A stretch of 64,000 nucleotides of DNA. Origin: an uncultured bacterium (GTDB lineage Bacteria; Verrucomicrobiota; Verrucomicrobiia; Limisphaerales; UBA8199). Location of the stretch: assembly GCA_963749495.1 (NCBI GenBank), contig CAVVMW010000023.1, positions 96,001-160,000 on the forward strand, read 5' to 3'. This document shows, in pieces, positions 58,864 to 64,000 of this stretch. Every line of letters starts with the position of its first letter. The first letter of the stretch is position 1. Below the pieces are notes generated by a model. The model saw only the letters and a list, made by a program, of their open reading frames with translations, did no database searches and had not been told where the DNA came from. The position numbers and the translations under genes are program-made.

Positions 58864-60266
58864 GTTTGGAGGTAGTTGTGCATGGCCTGGGCGGCGCGTT
58901 TGCCGTCGCCCATGGCCAGGATGACGGTGGCGGCGCCGCGGACGATGTCGCCGCCGGCAAAGATACCCGGCAGGCTGGTCATGCCGTTTTCGTCCACGAT
59001 GATGTTGCCGTATTTGTTGAGTTTGAGCTCGGGGCAGGTGGCGGTGAGGAGGGGATTGGCGCGGGTGCCGACGGCCACCACGACGGTGTCGCAAGGGATG
59101 ACGAACTCAGAGCCGGGGATGGGCACGGGCCGGGCGCGGCCGGAGGCATCGGGCTCACCCAGTTGCACACGGATGCATTTAAGGCCGGTGACCCATTTCT
59201 TGTCGTTGCCCAGCACTTCGCAGGGGGCAACCAGGAACTCGAACTGGATGCCCTCCTCCTCGCCATGGTGGATCTCCTCGGCGCGGGCGGGCATCTCCTT
59301 GCGAGTGCGGCGATAGACGATGGTCGAGGCGGCGCCCAGGCGCTTGGCGGTGCGTGCGGAGTCCATGGCGACGTTGCCGCCGCCGACGGTGGCAACGCGT
59401 TGGCCCTTGAGGACAGGGGTGTCGGACCTGGGGAACTGGTAGGCGGCCATGAGGTTGACCCGGGTGAGGTATTCGTTGGCCGAATAGACGCCCTTGAGGT
59501 TTTCGCCGGGGACATTCATGAACACCGGCAGGCCGGCGCCGTTGGCGATGAAGAGGGCGTCGAAGCGCGCTCGCAATTCCTGCAGGGTATAGGTCCGGCC
59601 GATGACCGTGTTGCAAACGATGCGGACCCCGGCCTGTTCGAGGCGGGCGACTTCGTCCCGGACGATCTTCTTGGGGAGCCGGAACTCCGGGATGCCATAG
59701 ACCAGAACGCCGCCCGGCTTGTGGAGGGCCTCGAAGACGGTGACCTCGTGGCCGCGCCGGGCCAATTCGCCGGCGGCGGTCAGTCCGCCCGGGCCGGAGC
59801 CGACGATGGCAACCTTGCGGCCGGTGGGTGGGGCCACTTGCAGGGGGAATTGGCCTTCGTGGCCGCGCACCCAATCGCCGACGAAGCGCTCGAGGTAGCC
59901 GACGGCCACGGGCAGGCCCTTGCGGCCGCGGATGCACTCGATTTCACATTGGGTCTCCTGGGGGCAGACCCGGCCCGTGACCGCCGGCAGGGCGTTGTCG
60001 CTCAGCAGGCACTGCGCGGCGGCGGCCATGTCCCCCTGCCAGAGGAGATCGATGAAGCGCGGGATGTTCACCAGGACGGGGCAGCCGGAGATGCACTTGG
60101 GGTCTTTGCATTGAAGACACCGCTCGGCCTCGAGCAAGGCCACCTTCTCGGGCAGCCCGAGGTTGACTTCGTCGAAATTGGCGTTGCGGACCTGGGGGTC
60201 CTGTTCCGACATCTTCTGCCGGTCGAGGGACAGGCGTTGCTTGGTAGTGGGTTTAGGCGCCGGCAT
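58860..60266 (-). CDS. nfnB: NfnB/SudA-like subunit (glutamate synthase small-chain homologue)
   Basis: EAERCLQC..P.C..GCP, GRVCPQE.QCE, GSGPGG, YGIPEFRL, GGGNVAMD, FAGGD. Confidence 0.88.
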   Translation of the reverse strand: MPAPKPTTKQRLSLDRQKMSEQDPQVRNANFDEVNLGLPEKVALLEAERCLQCKDPKCISGCPVLVNIPRFIDLLWQGDMAAAAQCLLSDNALPAVTGRVCPQETQCEIECIRGRKGLPVAVGYLERFVGDWVRGHEGQFPLQVAPPTGRKVAIVGSGPGGLTAAGELARRGHEVTVFEALHKPGGVLVYGIPEFRLPKKIVRDEVARLEQAGVRIVCNTVIGRTYTLQELRARFDALFIANGAGLPVFMNVPGENLKGVYSANEYLTRVNLMAAYQFPRSDTPVLKGQRVATVGGGNVAMDSARTAKRLGAASTIVYRRTRKEMPARAEEIHHGEEEGIQFEFLVAPCEVLGNDKKWVTGLKCIRVQLGEPDASGRARPVPIPGSEFVIPCDTVVVAVGTRANPLLTATCPELKLNKYGNIIVDENGMTSLPGIFAGGDIVRGAATVILAMGDGKRAAQAMHNYLQT

Positions 60267-60297
60267 GGCGAGAGAGACCGTGGTTCAATAAATACCA

Positions 60298-61200
60298 CTA
60301 AGGCAGCCCGATTTTGCAGGCGCCGGGTTGGCAGGCGGCCAGGGCCTGCTGCTCGAATTCGCGGTAGGTGGTCAGGCGGTCCATGAGGAGGTCGAAATCC
60401 ACCAGGTGGCCGTCGAACTCGGGGCCGTCCACGCAGGCGAACTTGGTTTCATGGCCCACAGCGACCCGGCAGCCGCCGCACATGCCGGTGCCGTCCACCA
60501 TCACCGGGTTGAGCGAGACGATGGTCCGCAGCTTCAGGGGGCGGGTGAGGTTGACGACGGCGCGCATCATGGGCACGGGGCCGACGGCATAGACGACATC
60601 AACGCTCCCCTGGGCCAGGACGTCGCGGACGGCATCGGTCACGAACCCGTGCCGGCCATAACTGCCGTCGTCGGTGCAGACCAGGACCTGGCCCAAGCGG
60701 CGCAGCTCAGCCTCGAAAATGACCCATTCGCGCGAGCGCCCGCCGATGACGCTGAGCACGCTCACGCCCCGGGCGTGCAGGCCCTGGGCGATGGGGTGGA
60801 CCACCGCGGTGCCGACACCGCCCCCGATGCACAGGGCGCGCCCGGCTTCAATCAACTCCGTCGGATGGCCCAGCGGTCCAGCGATGTCCGCTATGGCCTG
60901 CCCGGGTTCGAGGGCGGCCAGTTCGCGCGTGCTCTTGCCCACCGCCTGGATGACCAGGGCAATCGAGCCGGCGGCGGCATCCGAGTCCGCAATCGTCAGC
61001 GGGATGCGCTCCGCCCCTTCGCCGCGCCGCACGATGACGAATTGGCCCGGCGCGCGGACCTGGGCAATGCGGGGCGCGAGCACGTCCAGGCGCGTCACGT
61101 TGGGGCTGAGCGGCGCCCTGGCGATGATGCGGTGCGCCAGGGGGGGCAGGATGCCTCTCTCGGGTTCCTCCCCTGAAGGTGCGGTATTCAATTTCATCAA
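60298..61200 (-). CDS. nfnA: NfnA/SudB-like FAD/NAD-binding [2Fe-2S] subunit
   Basis: PGQFVI, ERIPLTIAD, GPLG, GGGVG, TDDGS, MVDGTGMCGGCR...CVDGPEF. Confidence 0.9.
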   Translation of the reverse strand: MMKLNTAPSGEEPERGILPPLAHRIIARAPLSPNVTRLDVLAPRIAQVRAPGQFVIVRRGEGAERIPLTIADSDAAAGSIALVIQAVGKSTRELAALEPGQAIADIAGPLGHPTELIEAGRALCIGGGVGTAVVHPIAQGLHARGVSVLSVIGGRSREWVIFEAELRRLGQVLVCTDDGSYGRHGFVTDAVRDVLAQGSVDVVYAVGPVPMMRAVVNLTRPLKLRTIVSLNPVMVDGTGMCGGCRVAVGHETKFACVDGPEFDGHLVDFDLLMDRLTTYREFEQQALAACQPGACKIGLP

Positions 61201-61497
61201 CGGTTGCCATGATGCGGGTTAACCTCGCTCTCGTCAACAGCACAGCGCCCCAGCGATGGGAGGGGCGGCGTCGGACCCGTCGGACCGGTCTGACGCGTCC
61301 GACGGCCCGCCCGGCGCCAGCGCGCCCGCGCATTTTCGGCTACAGTCCCGCCGGGGGCTGCCGATAACGCTAGAGTAAGTCTTATTGTGAGCGTCGCACC
61401 GTCACAGCTACGCTTTCCCAGAGATCGGGCCGCAGTGTCTCGTGGTGCTGCCGGCCGGGCTAGGGGTAGTGACGGGCTGCGCAGATTCCATGCGAAT

Positions 61498-64000
61498 ATG
61501 AGTAGCGTGCCTGGGTCCGTGGTCTCAAGAGCCACGCCAAGAGTCGCAAGACTGGGGAGGGGGCCACGCCCATTGGGGCCGGCGGGCCTGGCTTTGTGCG
61601 CCTGGGGGAGTTTGGGTTTGAGCGGGATCTGGGCAGGCCAGACCGCGCCGGCGCCGGAGCTCGGCAGCTTGGCGGAGTTCTACTCTTTGCCGCAAGCGCG
61701 GGTTCAGCAGGGTCTCCCGGTCCGGGTCAAATGCCAGGTGCTCTGTTACGACCCGGATTGGAACCTGCTCTACCTCCACGAGGGGACTAACGCCTGGTAT
61801 TTCGAGCCGCGGACATTTCCCCAGGGGCTGAAGGCAGGACAGGTGATTGAACTGACAGCCCGGAGTTGCGTTGGCGGCAGCGGTCCTTACCTGACAAACC
61901 TGGCCATAAAGGATCTCGGCCCGGCCAAGCTGCCGGCCGCCACGCGCCTGGAGATTTCCGCCCTGGGGGTCCCCATGGGGCAGTGGGTGGAAAGCAGCGG
62001 GACGGTGCGCGTGGCCGAGACGAGCCGGGGCCGGTTGGGCCTGGTGATGGAAGACAAGGGCCGGGATTGCCAGGTCTTTGTGATGGGCCAGCCTGGGACC
62101 AACGATAACAAGCGGTTGGTCGGCTCCAAGGTCCAGGTGCGGGGGATTGACAGCAGCAAGGTCCGGGATGGCCGGGTGGAGTCCGCGGAAATCACGGCGC
62201 CGGGGATTGAGGAAGTGACAATCCTGGAGGCAGGCAGCTTGAATCTCAGCGCCGCCCCCGTCGTCTCGATTGGCGCCTTGTTGAACCGGGAGTTGGGGGA
62301 CTGGACCAACCGCCCGGTCCGCATCAACGGCTGGGCGGCGGCCTGCAAGCCGGGCGAGTACCTGGTGGTCAGGGACCCCACCGGCGTCATGCGGGCACAG
62401 GTCGTCCAGATGACCCAGGTGGGACTCAAGGACCGGGTGGAGGTGTGGGGCTGGCTGGGGGTCCTGGCGGGAGAGACGGTGTTGAAGCATGCTTACTTCG
62501 AGACCGCACCCCCGAGCGAGATCGTTCCCGCGGCGAAATCTCCGCCGGCGCTCGCCGCCAGTCCAAGGTCTGCAATCCCCTTGCGGACGCTCACGACGAT
62601 TGCGGAAATCGTGGCGCTCAAACCCCAGGAGGCCGCCTTGGGCTACCCCGTGCGCGTGCGCGGGGTGCTCACCTACGCCGATCCTGGCTGGCGCAACGCT
62701 TTCATCCAGGACGAAAAAGATGCGGTTTACGTGGACCTGGCGCTGCCGGAGGCGCAGGCGGGCCAATGGGTCGAAATCACCGGGCGGACAGACTCCGGGC
62801 GGTTCATGCCGCAGGTCCAAGCGACGGCCCTGACGGTGCTTGGCCGCACGAACCTGCCGGCCCCCGTCAAGGTGGACCTTCAGGACATGGCCACCGGCTG
62901 CCTGGACGCGCGCTGGGTCGAGATTCAGGGCGTGGTGCGCCGAGTCAATTTCGATTCCGAGGACGGGCGCGCAACCCTGAGCCTGACGACGCGCTATGGC
63001 CGGTTCAATGCTATCGTGTTTGGGCTCCGGGGCGGAGAGCTTCCGGCAAACCTGGTTGATTCGTTGGTCAGCGTGCAGGGCGCGTGCGGCTCCGAATTGA
63101 ATGCCCGGAACCAGTTGACCGGCATCACCTTGCACGTGCCGGGACCGGACCGGGTGCGAGTGCTCGAGCCCGCCCCGGCAGACCCGTTCGCCGCCAGGAG
63201 CCTGCCCATCGGCACAGTGGCCACGTTCGACCCGGAGCGCCCGGGGGGCCGCCGCGTCAAGGTCAGCGGGGTCCTGACGGCCCTGCTGCCGGGCGAGGGC
63301 TTCGTCGTCCAGGACAGCTCGGGCGGCATCCGCGTGCGGGTGCCCGAGCGGAGCGGGCTGCACCCGGGCGATGCCGTGGATGTCCTGGGCTTTCCGACCA
63401 TGGGCGATTTCTCGCCGAGCCTGGAAGAGGTCACGTTGCGGCGGACCGGGACAGGTCCTTTGCCGAGCCCACACCGGACTACGGCCTCGCAAATCCTCTC
63501 GCAGGGCACCGAGGATGCCACGCTGGTCACCCTGGAGGGCCGCCTCTTGCAGCCGGTGCCCCGCTCCGCGCGGCCCAAACTCGTCCTCCAGGACGGCCCG
63601 ATCACGTTCACCGCCCAAATGGGGAGATGGATGCCAGGCCGGGAGTGTCCCGATTTCAAGGTGGGCAGCCTCCTGCGCCTCCAGGGCCTCTGCTCCATCC
63701 AGGGCAATGAAGGCCATGACCCCGAGAGCTTCCGGCTGCTGCTGGCTGGCCCGGAGGACCTGCTCCTGGTCAGCGCACCCTCATGGTGGACGCCCCGCCG
63801 CATGTGCCTGCTGGCGGGAACACTCATCCTGGTGATCCTGCTGGTCCTGGGCTGGGTGGCCTTGTTGCACAGGCAAGTCCAGGCCCAAACCGAGGTCATC
63901 CGCCACCAACTCGAAGAGGGCCGGCAGACCGCCGCCTCTCTGGCCCGGGAAAAGAACTTGCTGGCCCATGAACGGGATTTGTTGGGCACCTTGCTGGATA
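61498..64000 (+). CDS. Large membrane sensor, probably a histidine kinase, with a repeated extracellular domain; runs off the window and is absent from the ORF track
   Basis: Open frame from ATG 61498: repeated PVRV.G..TY.DP, G..VE..G and WVE..G.V modules, then PSWWT, a TM helix, and RQVQAQT coiled coil / ERDLL.TLLD PAS-like start. The kinase domain itself is not visible. Confidence 0.8.
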   Translation, partial: MSSVPGSVVSRATPRVARLGRGPRPLGPAGLALCAWGSLGLSGIWAGQTAPAPELGSLAEFYSLPQARVQQGLPVRVKCQVLCYDPDWNLLYLHEGTNAWYFEPRTFPQGLKAGQVIELTARSCVGGSGPYLTNLAIKDLGPAKLPAATRLEISALGVPMGQWVESSGTVRVAETSRGRLGLVMEDKGRDCQVFVMGQPGTNDNKRLVGSKVQVRGIDSSKVRDGRVESAEITAPGIEEVTILEAGSLNLSAAPVVSIGALLNRELGDWTNRPVRINGWAAACKPGEYLVVRDPTGVMRAQVVQMTQVGLKDRVEVWGWLGVLAGETVLKHAYFETAPPSEIVPAAKSPPALAASPRSAIPLRTLTTIAEIVALKPQEAALGYPVRVRGVLTYADPGWRNAFIQDEKDAVYVDLALPEAQAGQWVEITGRTDSGRFMPQVQATALTVLGRTNLPAPVKVDLQDMATGCLDARWVEIQGVVRRVNFDSEDGRATLSLTTRYGRFNAIVFGLRGGELPANLVDSLVSVQGACGSELNARNQLTGITLHVPGPDRVRVLEPAPADPFAARSLPIGTVATFDPERPGGRRVKVSGVLTALLPGEGFVVQDSSGGIRVRVPERSGLHPGDAVDVLGFPTMGDFSPSLEEVTLRRTGTGPLPSPHRTTASQILSQGTEDATLVTLEGRLLQPVPRSARPKLVLQDGPITFTAQMGRWMPGRECPDFKVGSLLRLQGLCSIQGNEGHDPESFRLLLAGPEDLLLVSAPSWWTPRRMCLLAGTLILVILLVLGWVALLHRQVQAQTEVIRHQLEEGRQTAASLAREKNLLAHERDLLGTLLD

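Noticed and set aside
61384..61405. Rex- or CRP-like site upstream of nfnA (TTGTGA...TCACA)
   Set aside because: Half-site spacing (11 nt) matches neither consensus

Overview
High-GC bacterial chromosomal segment. Gene content and repeat style suggest Verrucomicrobiota of the Pedosphaera/Limisphaerales type (inference). Housekeeping genes (pyrF, argF, infC, EF-G paralogue, PTP-RpiB-GlyA fusion, RluA- and RlmI-like enzymes, NfnAB plus archaeal-type ThyA) are mixed with large secreted glycan-active or adhesin-like proteins, signalling proteins and a GntR/ABC operon. About eight genes, several of them essential, carry single-base frameshifts that most likely reflect sequencing or assembly indels. 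Notable accessory features: (1) an amino-MTase plus Bpu10I-family restriction-modification cassette between ~630-bp direct repeats with no transposase or integrase; (2) three orphan antitoxins, each followed by only the first codons of its apparent toxin; (3) an uncharacterised TA-like two-gene pair; (4) an IS1634-like remnant and a truncated pilC; (5) at least seven families of dispersed palindromic repeats (GTAG-type REP array, inverted 7-, 9- and 12-mer arrays, a 200-bp nested heptamer element). I found no rRNA, tRNA or CRISPR array. Several real genes (pyrF, a 44-aa lipoprotein, the terminal sensor protein) are missing from the ORF track. All family assignments come from motif recognition, not database searches.
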